Both the position numbers and the translations under genes were made by a program. Below the pieces are notes generated by a model. It was not told the origin of the DNA. It was given only the letters and a program-made list of their open reading frames with translations, and ran no database searches. A DNA stretch of 63,510 bases, the filler included, from Collodictyon triciliatum (lineage: Eukaryota): assembly GCA_043381765.1 (NCBI GenBank). It is 7 parts of 7 records of this genome, joined end to end, with 100 filler letters (N's around TTAATTAATTAA, not from the genome) between each part and the next. Parts side by side here need not be neighbours in the genome. Positions count along the whole stretch, not along the records: positions 43,413 to 54,284 come from JBHJMP010002544.1; positions 54,385 to 60,885 come from JBHJMP010002591.1; positions 60,986 to 63,510 come from JBHJMP010002607.1; 4 more parts are not named here. One strand, given 5' to 3'. Shown in pieces: positions 51,201 to 63,510 of this stretch (positions are counted from its first letter, which is position 1; each line of letters opens with the position of its first letter).

Positions 51201-54103
51201 AATAAATTTTGACTGAGCATTTCAGTTTCTATTCGTGTTAGATGATGCGTCATTATTCACTTTGTCCTCGTAAGATAAAAAAAAGCATTGCGAATAAGTC
51301 TCAAACCTTCGTAGTCCAAGGATATGAAGTAATTTTCTAAAGCGAATATACAAAAAGATGTAATCGTGTTCAACGCTGGTGTGAAGGACTCTCCAAATTT
51401 TTTGTTAATTATGTTCAAACATCTTGCGATACTTCGATACAGTTGAAGCTTTTCACTAAGTTGCATTCATGTATTTTGAATAAGAGAAAGAAGATATGTT
51501 TGTAAACTAAGATTTTTGATGCCCTTAAAACTCTAAAATATTCTTTTAAAAAAATGGTAATAATAATAAAAAAAATCATCTAATCAAATAAATGATCTCA
51601 TAAAATGAATGGTATATTATGTATAGTAAATTTATATTTATTGCATATGCAACACATATGTAAAGGAGTAAAATCGCATATACAACGCCTACGAACCATT
51701 TCGACAAAACCAAATGCATGACATGTATGATATTATTGTTAATTTGTAAATCCTTAGGGACTAATGGTGATTCGAGCAGCATGTAGTAAAGCTAACATGG
51801 GTGATGTAATTTAATAATGTTATAATTTTAATAAATTAAATCATGATGCCTCGCCTAAAAAAATAAACATTAACACATTCAAATGGAAAAGGGAAAATAG
51901 AAAGATGGGCAAAAAACATGTATGGTTACCGTCCAATACTGGTGATCAAAATACATCGATGGTGGGGACAAAAGAGATTCTCTAGGGAAAAAGCGAGTTG
52001 ATGAGCAAATAATAAACTTCCCTTGGTGTATAATTCACAACATATATATGGTAATATATATAGGGAAGAAATAAGTAGACAATAAATCTCACATCTCATC
52101 AGGCAACTCTTGAGTCCTTAACTCCTTCATGTTGCAAATTTTCCCCGTGTCTACTAAGATTACTTGAGAGCACCATTCAAACAAGTATCGAATTCTCTTC
52201 GATTGAGATACCCCAGCTTTGATTTCATTTATTACATCAGCAACCTTGAATCGAGACTGCAAGTATTTATGAATGGATGTAGATTTCCTAATGTTTGTTG
52301 GCTGTGATCTCGTCCCGGTGTTTGGTGCTGTCGCGGCATTTTCATTTGATACTTCAGTTATAACAACTGGCATTCCAGACGCTGTCGGGTGTGGGACAAT
52401 ATCTGATTCTCTTTCTTGTAAATCAACTTCAGATACACCTTTATAATTGGTGCCAGAGCCACGAGGTTCGATCGAATTTTCTGTAACAGAGGGAATGACT
52501 AATGTCTCCAGCATGATGCTAGAAATAGGCTCGTTCGTGGGTTCATCCTTAATCTCATATTCATGGTGTGGATCTCCAATTTGTGTATCCTCATCCTGAT
52601 TAAAGCTTTCTGTGTTGCCATCCGCCTGACCTGATAAAGAGAGTGGCTCTGGTATTTCGGTAAAATCAGATGAGATGACAGGTACTTTATCTCCGGCGTC
52701 AGACATGAATTCGGCATTTATCTCAATCTCAGTCTCAGTCTCATCCTCATCCTCATCCTCATAATTCAAAATTGATGTATCGTCAGTAGGTTCGCTGTTG
52801 GGTTTTGGGACAGTATTTTGCTCGCGTGACTGCGCTTTTTGTTTAAAAGACGCCGATTTTTGACTCCCAATTTGCGATTGAATGAATGCTGTTTTATTCT
52901 TGCTCATCATTTTCTCCATTGGCACTGAGGAACTTTCAAGTTTGGACCTTGATATTTCGTGGATATTTTCTGTTCCATTTGATGAAGCTGATTTTTTCGT
53001 TTTAGTTCCCACAACATCGGTCACTTGTGATGATGCTTTGATTGACGAATCGGTGAGTGTGCTCTTGCTTTCCTTTGATTCGGTCTTTGGGGCTGGTGAC
53101 TCAGTTGACTTTGGTTCACCGACCCCTAGAACTCGATGCTGTACTTGATTGCTTGGGGGTTGGCTAGCCAACTCAGTCAAAGCCTTTTGTTGATGCGCAC
53201 TTATTGGTTGCTGGCTTGGTTTGGACCTGACAAGACTAGTAATTGGGGTTAAATGTGAGTTTTCCATGAACTCTGAAGGCTGTGCGGTTGGTGTCGGGTG
53301 GTACGGGTTATGCGGTCTTTGTTGCCCATCTTTGAGTGTTTGTGGGGCTGGCATATTTCCTTGACGAAGCCAGTCTCCTCCCTCTTCGAAATGGGAGGAG
53401 TCTGGATTCTGGTTTTCATATCCGTATCCAGTGCGAGAGTGTATTGGGTTGGTCTGTGCAGAGGCTATGTATTAATTTTTTTTGTTATGATTTATGGGTA
53501 GGATTCCGATTAAATTAAAACATATACAAATCAAATGCCTTAGTATGGATGATTCTAAAAATAGCTTTGGTGATGGTGTATCCGATGTCAAGGTTATATG
53601 TACAAACTTTCTCCGTGTTCAGGCGGGTTATATTCTTGTTGCTGTTCGAATCGGCGAGGGCGCTTTGCTGTCGGTGGCGGCTGTGATGTGCTTTCATGAT
53701 TGGCCAAAGTGTGTGGATTGTAATATGCTTGCGAATCATGAGAACGGAAAGCCCCGCTATCATCGCTTTCGGACGCCTTTGTTGGCGTTGCTGACACTAT
53801 CGACTTCTCAGCGCGCACTTGTCTAAAGAGCAGCTGATTACTTGCTTGTGGGTGCGCTTGTGTTTGTGGGTGCTCCGTTTGGTTTGGCCTGACAGACGTC
53901 TTTGTCGCACGCTTTATTGGGTTGCTCTGTGTCTCAGCAGGTTTTCTCGTGAGAGGCTTTGTTTGCAGCGGTTTTCCGGTGTTTTGTTTTGTGGTGGTTT
54001 TTGGTATACTGGAGAGTAAGCCGAACAGGTCGACTTCAGAGTCCTCTGAGGAGGAGTCAGGAGCTGATGCCTTCTGCTTGCCTTGAGAAGACTTCATTTT
54101 CCC
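43533..54103 (-). CDS. Large multi-exon protein of unknown family: S/T/P/E-rich disordered N-region, then a helical (alpha-solenoid-like) region; ends uncertain
   Basis: Long open exons 53607-54103 and 52089-53460, then many short GT-AG-bounded exons with amphipathic-helix-like sequence across the contig; no diagnostic motif recognised. Confidence 0.55.
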
Positions 54104-54384
54104 CTAGGAAGTTTTTATCTTCTTTTTTAAAACTGTTTTTCTCTTTTTTTTCTCTCTCTTCTCTCTCTTTTTTCTCTCTCTTTTCTCTCTCTCTTTTTTC
54201 TCTCTCTTTTTTCTCTCTCTTTTTTCTCTCTCTTTTTTCTCTCTCTTTTTTCTCTCTCTTTTTTCTCTCTCTTTTTTCTCTCTCNNNNNNNNNNNNNNNN
54301 NNNNNNNNNNNNNNNNNNNNNNNNNNNNTTAATTAATTAANNNNNNNNNNNNNNNNNNNNNNNNNNNNNNNNNNNNNNNNNNNN

Positions 54385-54456
<72 letters not shown>

Positions 54457-54458
54457 AG

Positions 54459-57400
54459 GAAGACGAAATTATAAAGCCGGGATGGACACCAAGCGAGGCA
54501 TATATCCAGCTCCGCTCGCTGAATTTCACGGGAAGAAACATCTCCATGCTTCCAGCCAACATCTCCCTCCTGGTGAATCTGAGCTCCATCGACATCAGCA
54601 ACAACAAGGTACGAGTACTTGAATTAACAAGAATATATAAACATACATCCCAGCCTATCATAAATGAAATTTTTCTGACAAATAATTGCTCACCAAAGTT
54701 CGACGCATTGCCTGCAGCCATCTGCACATTGACGCTCGTCGCATCACTCGATATATCCACCAACCAGGTAACTAAATCCTTTTTTTAACGAGACATTCCT
54801 ATTATTCGGTAATCTATTTTATTAGTAATTTGATTGTTATTAAACCCTATTTAATAAATAAATAAATAGATATCCACACTGCCAGCAAACATGTCGAACT
54901 TGACGAATCTCACAAATCTCAGCATCAGCAACAACAAGGTACACACATACATATAGATATTGAATGCATTTAAACACATAATTCAAACAGCCTAGCATAC
55001 ATTATACTTCATAAATTAACTGACAAATCCACGCAAACCTTAGTTCGACGCATTCCCCACAGTCATCTGTACAATAACACTTATCGTGACCCTCAATATT
55101 TCTGGAAATCAGGTTATAAAGCTACACAACGGACATGTAAAAAAAAAAACTTACGAATGAAACATTGTGCAAACTATATTAATCAAATACCCACTTAAAC
55201 TCACCTATCTCACGAATCCAGATTTCACACATCCCAGATGTCATAGCAAACCTTGCAAATCTTCAAAAACTGGACATATCCAACAACAAGGTCATTTCTC
55301 TTCCATTTTCCATTTCCCTGTTTATTTTTATTTTTTCGATCAAGTTATATGGCCGTATTACGCAAAAAGAAAAAAAAACATATCAATATCATCATCAGAT
55401 TGAAAAGTTACCTGAAATCATCGCCAATCTTGAAGGCCTTCGAAGTGGACTGAATATCCAAGGAAATAAAGTGAAAAATATACCAGAAAACGTCATCAGA
55501 AATGGGTCTGAAGCAGTCTTTGATTTCCTATCTAATTCCATGAAGGGTGTTGTAAAATGGACCCAAGGAAGACTTCTGCTACTTGGTGAAGGAAACGTAG
55601 GGAAGACAACACTCATCAAATCAATCACACAAAATCACTGGTTTTTCAAGAACATGACAGACCAACCAAGGATTGCAACTGATGGTATTGCCCATGTTGA
55701 TATCGATGAGTCGATGATGGGTGGATTTTTCAAGACAAAGATTTCCGTACGAATCTGGGACTTCGGAGGACAAGACGAGTTCCAAGTAACACACCCATTC
55801 TTTTTGTCTTCGGGCGCCCTCGTTTTAATCCTGTACAGACTCGACCAAGACAAGGAGAAGAACAATCTCAGCCGTTGGGTCAAAATGCTTGATGACTTCG
55901 CACCTGGCTCAAAAATTGTAATCGCTGGGACTCATCAAGATTGCGAAAATCAAACTTATAGCCAGGATATGCAGAAAGAAATCGTACGAATCAAAAAAGA
56001 AAATGAGCAGAAACTGGATGAAAAGGCTCGTCATATCTTTATCAGTACAGAGTTAAAAGTAAGCAGTAAGAATGGGGAAAAGATATCAGATTTGAAGGGA
56101 GAGATATACAAAGGAATGATGAGGCTTGACAACATGAACAAGGACATTCCAAAAACCTATATCGGACTGAAAGACTATCTGATTTCAAAAAGCCAAATAT
56201 CAAAGTACGAACGAATTCAAGACACTTACGATTTTGCCAAGAAGCAGCTGGGTATGGATAGAAATGGGTGTGAAAGTGCTCTCAAATTCCTCCACGACCT
56301 TGGTTCGGTTGTTTGGTATTCATCACTTGAACATATCAAAGACGTTATTTTTTTAGACCCGCTCTTTCTGATCAACATTTTCCGCTGTGTCTTCAGCTTC
56401 AAAGGCATCGGGAAGGACACATTTGGCATCATTTTGTTGGGCAAGCTAAAAGACCAAATAAAACACGAAGTGAAAACAGAAATAGATGAACATGTGTTCA
56501 ATACAATTCTTCGAATCTTTGACCATTTCGGCCTTGGGATTCAATTCAACAGAGAATGCATCGCCTTTCCCGCATTGATGGAAGATTGCCAAAATCTCAA
56601 ATCAATATGGAATGATAAACCAGAGTCCAACTGCATCGCTGAAACCTCTGTAAAAATAATGACCAATGGTGAAATCCAGCTCTCTGACAAAAGCAACGTT
56701 GTCATACAAGCACTTCGTTTGACAAAAGGGGCACAAGCTGGAGTTCAGTATGACGACCAGTTTTTCAGAGATGTAGCGTTCATTCATCTGAATGCTTACT
56801 ACAAAACAGGAACGGATGAAATTCATCTGCTTCCTGGAGACGGTTTGATTATTCTGTACCGAATCCACCAAAACAGCATTTCAGTCAAGATTAGAAAATA
56901 TGACAACGAAATTGATGATGGTGATGGATTCGTCAGGATTTTTGATATCCTTTCAACCTTCATCAAACAAATATCATCGATTCGACCAAATTTTGTGGAA
57001 GCATACCAATTTGAATGCCCCGAATGCCAACGCCATGAATTAGACGGTTATATTCAAACTTCGGCAAAGATAGATGAATCAGAATTGAAAAAATGTACTA
57101 AGAGCCATCAATTGGAAGCGAGTGCAGTAAAGCAAGGGCGCGTCTATCTGGAACAAGGTTTATTATAATAAATATATTCAAATGAATGTTAATTTTCAAC
57201 TTAATAGGAATTTAAAGCCAACATCTTCACCATCCTGCACAAAATTGAAAGGAAGAATAAAAAAAAAAACTTAATAGGAATTTGACTATATGTTGTCGAG
57301 AGCTATTAAATCATTTTTTCTAAAAAATAAAGGAATCTCAAGGAGATTTACCTCTGTGGTGAGAGAGAAAAAGAAAAAGACGTCGCAATCTGCTGAAGCA

Positions 57401-60044
57401 ACTCTTGAGCTGGATTCAATCGACCGGGAATTGAAGAAACAATGGATTGATGGAAAAATAGAACTGTCAGGTTATCTCGCAAAGGGGGCATATGGGCGAG
57501 TTTACACAACGATGTTCGAAAGGGAGAATGCTGTGGTGAAAATCCAAACCGTCCAGAAGAGCAAGGAGCAGACCCTTAGCCAGGTGATTCAATCGCTCAT
57601 TTTTGAAAGCAAGTATCTGCATGAATGCAAAGAGTGTGAAAATATTGTCAAGTTGTTTGGTGTGTATCGTAAAGACGACGACTTTTTCATGATTATGGAG
57701 AATGCAGGCATTTCGTTGCAAGCAATTTTGGAGAAGAAAAATATCAAGCCAACATTACCTCAAATTATTTCTTACACAAAGCAACTTTGCAAGGGTCTCA
57801 TTTTCATGCATTCTAAAAATCTATATCACGAAGATTTGAAGGCTGATAATGTTATGATTGTGGGCGAAGCAACAGTAAAAATTGTGGATTTTGGGATAGT
57901 GAGCCTTCGTGAAGTTGATAAAGTCGGGTCAAACTTACCAACGAGGTTTGGTGAGAACAAGCAAGGCGGAACTGTTAATTGGCAAGCACCGGAAATCCAT
58001 GAAGTTTCTGGAATGCCCCACTACGATGATAATCCAGAAATGTATGGTGAGGATGGAGTGAATCATGGGCACCGAGGAGAACCTAGCAACGTGTATGCTT
58101 TGGGAATGCTCGTTTGGTACATGTTCTCTGGTATCGAGCCTTTCAAAAATGAGGCACATACGCAGAGTTTTATCATCAAGGGATTGCGACCCGAAATACC
58201 GAAACAAGCCACTTATGAACTTAACCATCTTATCAGAGCGTGCTGGAGGCAAAACTACAAGCTCCGACCTTCTCTGAATCAAGTTTGTGTATACCTGGAT
58301 AACTTGAAATCAGATGAACGGAGGCTTCCTCAAAAGATAATGAACGAATTGCTTCCAATTAAATATACTCCTTTGGCTGAAATGTACAAGGGCGAATTTG
58401 TGGAGTGGCTTCGAGAACATGGCTTTTTAAAACTAAGCGATACAATTTCAAATCAAATGGGCTGGGAAAGATTCCAAGAAATTCAAGACAAACTGGATGA
58501 AAGCACGATGGTTGATATGTATCACATATCGCCGGATGAAATTTCTGCATTTGTAGAGCTATCGAAGGAGGAAAACACTTTCAGTGATTCCCGAGCCCCA
58601 AAGAAAAAAGTTGAAGAATTAACTTACAACCAATTGGTGACTCATCTGCAGAAAAAGAAAGAAGAATTGTCGAAAAGATTGCTGGAGAAAGTGATGGCTC
58701 TGAAGCTTGATGGAAGCACAATATCCAAGCTTGACCAGCCTGATGTCCATGCGACCCATTCGCTTTCTGAACAAGAACTATTGTTTGTGTCCCAATTCAT
58801 AAACGACCACCTACATCTAAATGAGGTTGAGTCTCCTAAACATCCATTAAGCTCTGATACCCTACAAGAATTGGAAGAAATTCAATATATGAATGTGCAG
58901 TACTCTCCTTATAATCATGGAATCCAACACGCAACCTCGCTGTGGATGGGTCATATGAAGCTCTCCCAAATTCCTAATTCGCTCAAGCATTTAGTTGGGC
59001 TAAAGAAACTCTACGTCCATTCAAACCTAGTAGTATTTACATGAATGAATAAATAAATAAATAAAATAAAAAAGCCACCAATACATTTAATTATTAACCA
59101 TATTGTAACTCACCTCCTTTTTACAGCTTGTATCTTTCTCGGAGTCATGCTTCGCTCTTACAGGCCTAGTATATCTGGACTTATCAAAAAATAAGGTTTT
59201 CCGCTTGTGTTTGTTTTCATTCATAATTTTTTTAAAAAATTATTAGTATTTAATTTCATACCTGCATCTGAATCAACCTCATTCATGCCTCCATTCTTCT
59301 CATTTACCATGATTTACAGATATCATCGGTACCTGCTCAAATATCACACCTGACGGTTTTAACTCGCCTTGATGTCTCTCAAAATCAGTTGTCATCACTA
59401 CCTCCAGAAATATCATGCTTGAATGGTCTCACTCGCATTGATGTCTCTCAAAATCAGTTGTCATCACTACCTCCAGAAATATCATGCTTGAATGGTCTTA
59501 CTCGCCTCGGTGTCTCTCAAAATCAGTTGTCGTCACTGCCACAAGGATTATCGAGCTTAGCGTGCCTTTTACAGTTGGATATCCGTGATAATTCGGTTTG
59601 TTAAATGTATAAATGTCGAAAAGTCAGGCCACTATTTTGAACTCATAATTATATTTCCATTCCTACAGATTGATGAGCTTCCTATCGGAATTATTGCTCT
59701 GACTGCTCTCAGTCGCTTGCGCATCCGCAACAAAGAAGGAAAATCGAACATCAAGAAGGCGCCTCCCGGCATCACACTTCTCCCTTTTTGGAACGAGCAG
59801 AGCAATCCAGATTATGAAATTATTCGTAAACTGGAGCTGAAAGACCACGTAAGATATCGTTGTTTGTTATTCATTCGCACGCTGCTCATATAAAGATAAA
59901 TGCATTCGTCTGTTAGAGTTTCTTTTTCTTTTTCTTTTCTTTTCTTTTTTTGGTTTGTTTTGTTTAATAATAAAGGAATCCTCAATTACTTGTTTTACCA
60001 AACGACCAGCAGTAACCAAGAACTGGATTTTTTTTTCTGCATGA
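54459..60044 (+). CDS. Roco protein kinase: LRR-ROC-COR-kinase-(SAM-like x2)-LRR; 5' end lost at linker
   Basis: LRR exons; ROC GEGNVGKTT, ATDGI, WDFGGQ, GTHQD, SSK; COR FLHDLGSVVWY..VIFLDP; kinase GAYGRVY, VVK, HEDLKADN, DFG, GTVNWQAPE; C-terminal LRRs (LSSLPPEISCLNGLTRIDVSQNQ). Last exon tentative. Confidence 0.9.
59362..59538 (+). repeat. Near-identical 69-bp tandem LRR-coding repeats
   Basis: gtctctcaaaatcagttgtc(a/g)tcact recurs three times with period 69. Confidence 0.9.
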
Positions 60045-60795
60045 AGCTGGTTAAAGTGGTAAGGTGCGAGCTGGTATTAAAGTGTACAATATATCAAAAT
60101 ATCTTTGTTTTTTTTTCGCAACTTCTTGAGTGTTAATGGTTGGAATATAGGTCATCAAAAAGTCGGCAGGCAAATGCAGCATTCTTTTTGCTCCAACACC
60201 AGGCGATATATTTTTACTACCTGCCTACCAGCCAAGCGTTTCACAACCTGCCCACGTTTTTCTCCGTCTTGACTCCCTTTTCACCCCATTTATCTCCCTT
60301 TTTATCTCGGGTTTTTTACCACAGCTTTTTCCCGATATCACAACCAGCAATCCACAAGCACCACATCCACACCAATGAGTCAGAATAAAGATGATAAAAA
60401 AAAAGACATGAGTAAGGTCAGCTCCATTATATAATAATCATGTGGATACTAGACAGGAAAACGAGAGATAAAGAGAGGAGAGAGGAAGTCACATGAAGAC
60501 CTGGTGACTCCCTGATTGTAATCCGCGATGCTCAAGTAGTGATGCCTCAGTTATGCGAGACACATAGAATTGCAACATTCGGTTTGACCAAGGTACTTTA
60601 AGATTTTTTGATTGAGTGGGCTGTGTCTCTGTGCGCAAGGTGATGTAAGATTCTGTATTAAAATTTAAAAAAAAAAAGAAATAGGAAGAAATAAAAGTTT
60701 ATCTTGCGATCACTTTAATTTTTTGCTTCTTATTGAATTTATCATGAGGACAATCAGTATCTATTGAATGGTTTGTCTAGAGCATGTGATGCATG

Positions 60796-60885
60796 CATAC
60801 ATACATACATACATACATACATACATACATACATACATACATACATACATACATACATACATACATACATACATACATACATACA
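60796..60885. repeat. (CATA)n microsatellite at contig end
   Basis: Direct reading. Confidence 0.95.
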
Positions 60886-61133
60886 NNNNNNNNNNNNNNN
60901 NNNNNNNNNNNNNNNNNNNNNNNNNNNNNTTAATTAATTAANNNNNNNNNNNNNNNNNNNNNNNNNNNNNNNNNNNNNNNNNNNNGTTTTTGTTTTTGTT
61001 TTTGTTTTTGTTTTTGTTTTTGTTTTTGTTTTTGTTTTTGTTTTTGTTTTTGTTTTTGTTTTTGTTTTTGTTTTTGTTTTTTTTGTTTCGTTTGAACTAG
61101 AAATAATATGCTTATGTTAATAATATTTTCTAC

Positions 61134-61926
61134 CTGAAGAACAGAAATCACCAGAAAATATATGTTTGCAACACGCCTGAATTGTTCAAAAAGGTTCTTA
61201 GGAAGGAAGTTAAACGGCGTGTATTTTGCTAAAGTCGTTTTGTTCTTCGGATATCTATTTCCAAAGTATAGTGCATTAAAGGGATAAAACAGAGTCAGAC
61301 AAATGCAGTATTTCAAAGAGCTTCTGGTGATTTTTCCTTTTATTCAATTCAAAGTGAGTAGAGCCTCTGATTATAAATAAATATTATATAGGCTTTTTCT
61401 CATCTGATTATATTCTATTCCTTATTTTCAAATAGTTGAAACCTGAAACGTGAATTGGCCGCTGGGTCGTTTATGTGAGTCCGTCGATGCGAAGTCCCAA
61501 GATCCTGTATATTCTTTAGATGTTAACAAACAAAGCTATTGAAAGATAAATGGGAGTCGTAAATTACAAGTTTATTATGGCGGGGGAGTTCAAAAGTTTA
61601 GGTTGATATTTGAAGAATAGAATGAGATAAAATTGTATTCATTTCCTTTTTTCATAGAAAAGAATAAAAAAAAATCTTTTATTCGATTCAAAGAAATGAA
61701 AAATAATATTATAAAGAATCTAATAGTGGTTGCGCAAAAGCCTTAAAATATATCGAAAATACGAGCCCCTTGTTTTGTAGTTTAAAATTGTATAATAATT
61801 TATAAAATTCTTTTTTAAGATAGCAAGGAGTAAACGCACAACCTGGATTCCGGTTGGAATAGAATCTGTCAACTGGGATTCACTGTGTTGTGAGAGAATT
61901 CTCATTTCCTCATGGTGGGTCAACAT
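61134..61926 (-). CDS. P4-type ATPase (phospholipid flippase), first three exons; rest lost at linker
   Basis: [54 protein letters not shown], the conserved PhoLip_ATPase_N motif. Confidence 0.9.
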
Positions 61927-62439
61927 CCTCCCTTCAAATAAACATTAAAAGCTGGTCAGTTAGGTGAATCTAGAAATAATCAGACGAGATAAAAAAAAAT
62001 GTCACGAAAAGAATGAGGGGGGAAAGGGTTTTTTGAGGAAACAACACAAAAAAAAAAAAGTTTGTTGAAAAGTATACCCCAACAAGAAAAAAAACGAGGC
62101 ACAAAATCAACATAAACTCAGCAGAAAAGCGAGGCTTCATAATCGGACAGAAAGAAGTATCGAAGTATTGCGGAAAGGGTTTCTCTGGTTGTCGCAAGTG
62201 CATCCATCAAGAATGGTTTCCGCTGGCGAACCCAACTTCTCAGTCCCAGCACCGAACACATCGCGCTTTCGATGCGGATATGAACAAAGGATGACATATT
62301 TTCTTGGAAAGTGAAAAAAAAATTCCCCGTTTATGGAATATATACCATCTCCAATTTTTTTTCATATCAGATGGCTAATAGTGCATTCATAATTATGGAA
62401 CACTTGATAAATATTACAGTGTTATTAATAAAATATAGT

Positions 62440-63510
62440 AGTGAAAGCTTATTTCCGTCTGATGCACAGCCACAGATAGCGACATGTCACCCCGCGACGA
62501 AGTGCGCAAGCTTGTTTAGGCAACAGACCGAATAAATTCAACACTGTGACCAACTCTGGACTTTGGAAACATCGGCTATGATGTACCATATAAGAGTTAC
62601 GGATGGATGAATCCCAAATCTGGGTTTCGCTAGTCTGGGTCTCTGCAATCCCTGAATTCGTGAGCTCACACCACGCAAAAACGGCTTGAACATAGTTGAA
62701 CCACGCACCACCTGCCTGGAAGCTTGAAACCTTGTATTCGGTCACTCAAACTCATCCCCAGTAAGTCAGCTGCATCCATTTCATTTCTCATCCATCCCAA
62801 AAAACATGAAGAACCAAAGGCGGTCCATTACACCTGACTCTCCACAATTCTCGATGGCCATGGCGTACTCCAAGCTGTTTCGATATAAAATCATCAGTCC
62901 GAATCACTACAAACCGGAGAAGATGAGTTGTTGGGCCGAAACTATAGGCATTATAGACCCGCCGATAGTCAAAAGCTGGAAGCAAGCCCGTATACCTCAG
63001 CTACTCCCGAAACACCGCGCCCTACTGCTCAATATCTCCAACAGAGAGCTGTGGATAGGTGCGCGTGTAGTCCATGCAGCAACGACCTCTCCAGAATGCA
63101 CCATGTGCCATAGTGGAGATGACTCTATCGAACACACATTTGTGAAGTGCTCTCTTGCTCAAAAAGTGACAGAGGCTACCCACAAGATGCTCTCTGAGCT
63201 TGATTATGCTCCCAACCGACTCAGCGCGTCTGACATCCTGTTTGGCCCACAATACCAAATGACCCACGACTCTAGAATACTCTGGACAGTCACAAGGGGA
63301 CATATGCTGTGGTCCTTATGGAGTGTGCGTGCATTCTCTCGCTCCAATGATTCACCCGAACGAGAAATCAATGTAGCCAGGCTTGAGAGCCTCGTGCAAT
63401 ACAGCTTCCTGAACAGCCTGCTGAAACACGCCCGCATTCTTCGCTACTCTGACCGCAAGCGAAGAGAGATGTGGGAATGTGTCGTAAGATATCTCCCACA
63501 GCACATCCAA
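62440..63510 (+). mobile_element. 5'-truncated non-LTR retrotransposon (L1/Tx1-like ORF2 C-terminus, zf-RVT), partly decayed
   Basis: Intronless frame open 62728-63510: LLPKHRALLLNISNRELWIG..CTMCHSGDDSIEHTFVKC (C-x2-C-x8-H-x4-C)..DILFG..LWSLWSVR; four in-frame stops upstream; left boundary approximate. Confidence 0.75.

Noticed and set aside
60490-60790. Continuation of the P4-ATPase across the linker
   Set aside because: Candidate minus-strand exons do not encode the expected TM2/actuator sequence; probably the end of another gene.
62521-62730. Alternative genetic code suggested by in-frame TGA/TAA
   Set aside because: Host genes terminate with TGA (1755, 42164), TAA (9192) and TAG (28639), and their long exons have no internal stops; element decay explains it.

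Overview
Eukaryotic genomic DNA from an intron-rich, microsatellite-rich organism (probably a protist), using the standard code with GT-AG introns. The window is seven contigs joined by artificial 100-nt N44-TTAATTAATTAA-N44 linkers, so adjacency across linkers is not biological. Genes: TLC-domain protein; DUF4062-NACHT-TPR (NPHP3/TEP1-like) protein; PXMP4/TMEM135-like 3' part; two head-to-head secreted glucodextranase-C (DOMON-like) multidomain paralogs; an intronless GC-rich FG-GAP gene; myristoylated TPR protein with FAM13-like tail; secreted WD40-(SKSR)n-FG-GAP protein; putative mitochondrial membrane protein; G-protein gamma; BET/GTE bromodomain protein; a large unknown multi-exon protein; a Roco kinase; the start of a P4-ATPase; and a decaying L1/Tx1-type retrotransposon 3' end. 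The most striking structure is 10989-18395, a nested inverted-repeat locus. Two DOMON paralogs there have divergent first domains but near-identical downstream exon+intron sequence, and they surround ~900-bp inverted repeats that enclose the GC-rich FG-GAP gene. This is a candidate invertible or gene-conversion (variable/constant) system. The Roco and NACHT genes also have repeat-unit symmetric exons. All family calls are from motif recognition by eye; no searches were run.
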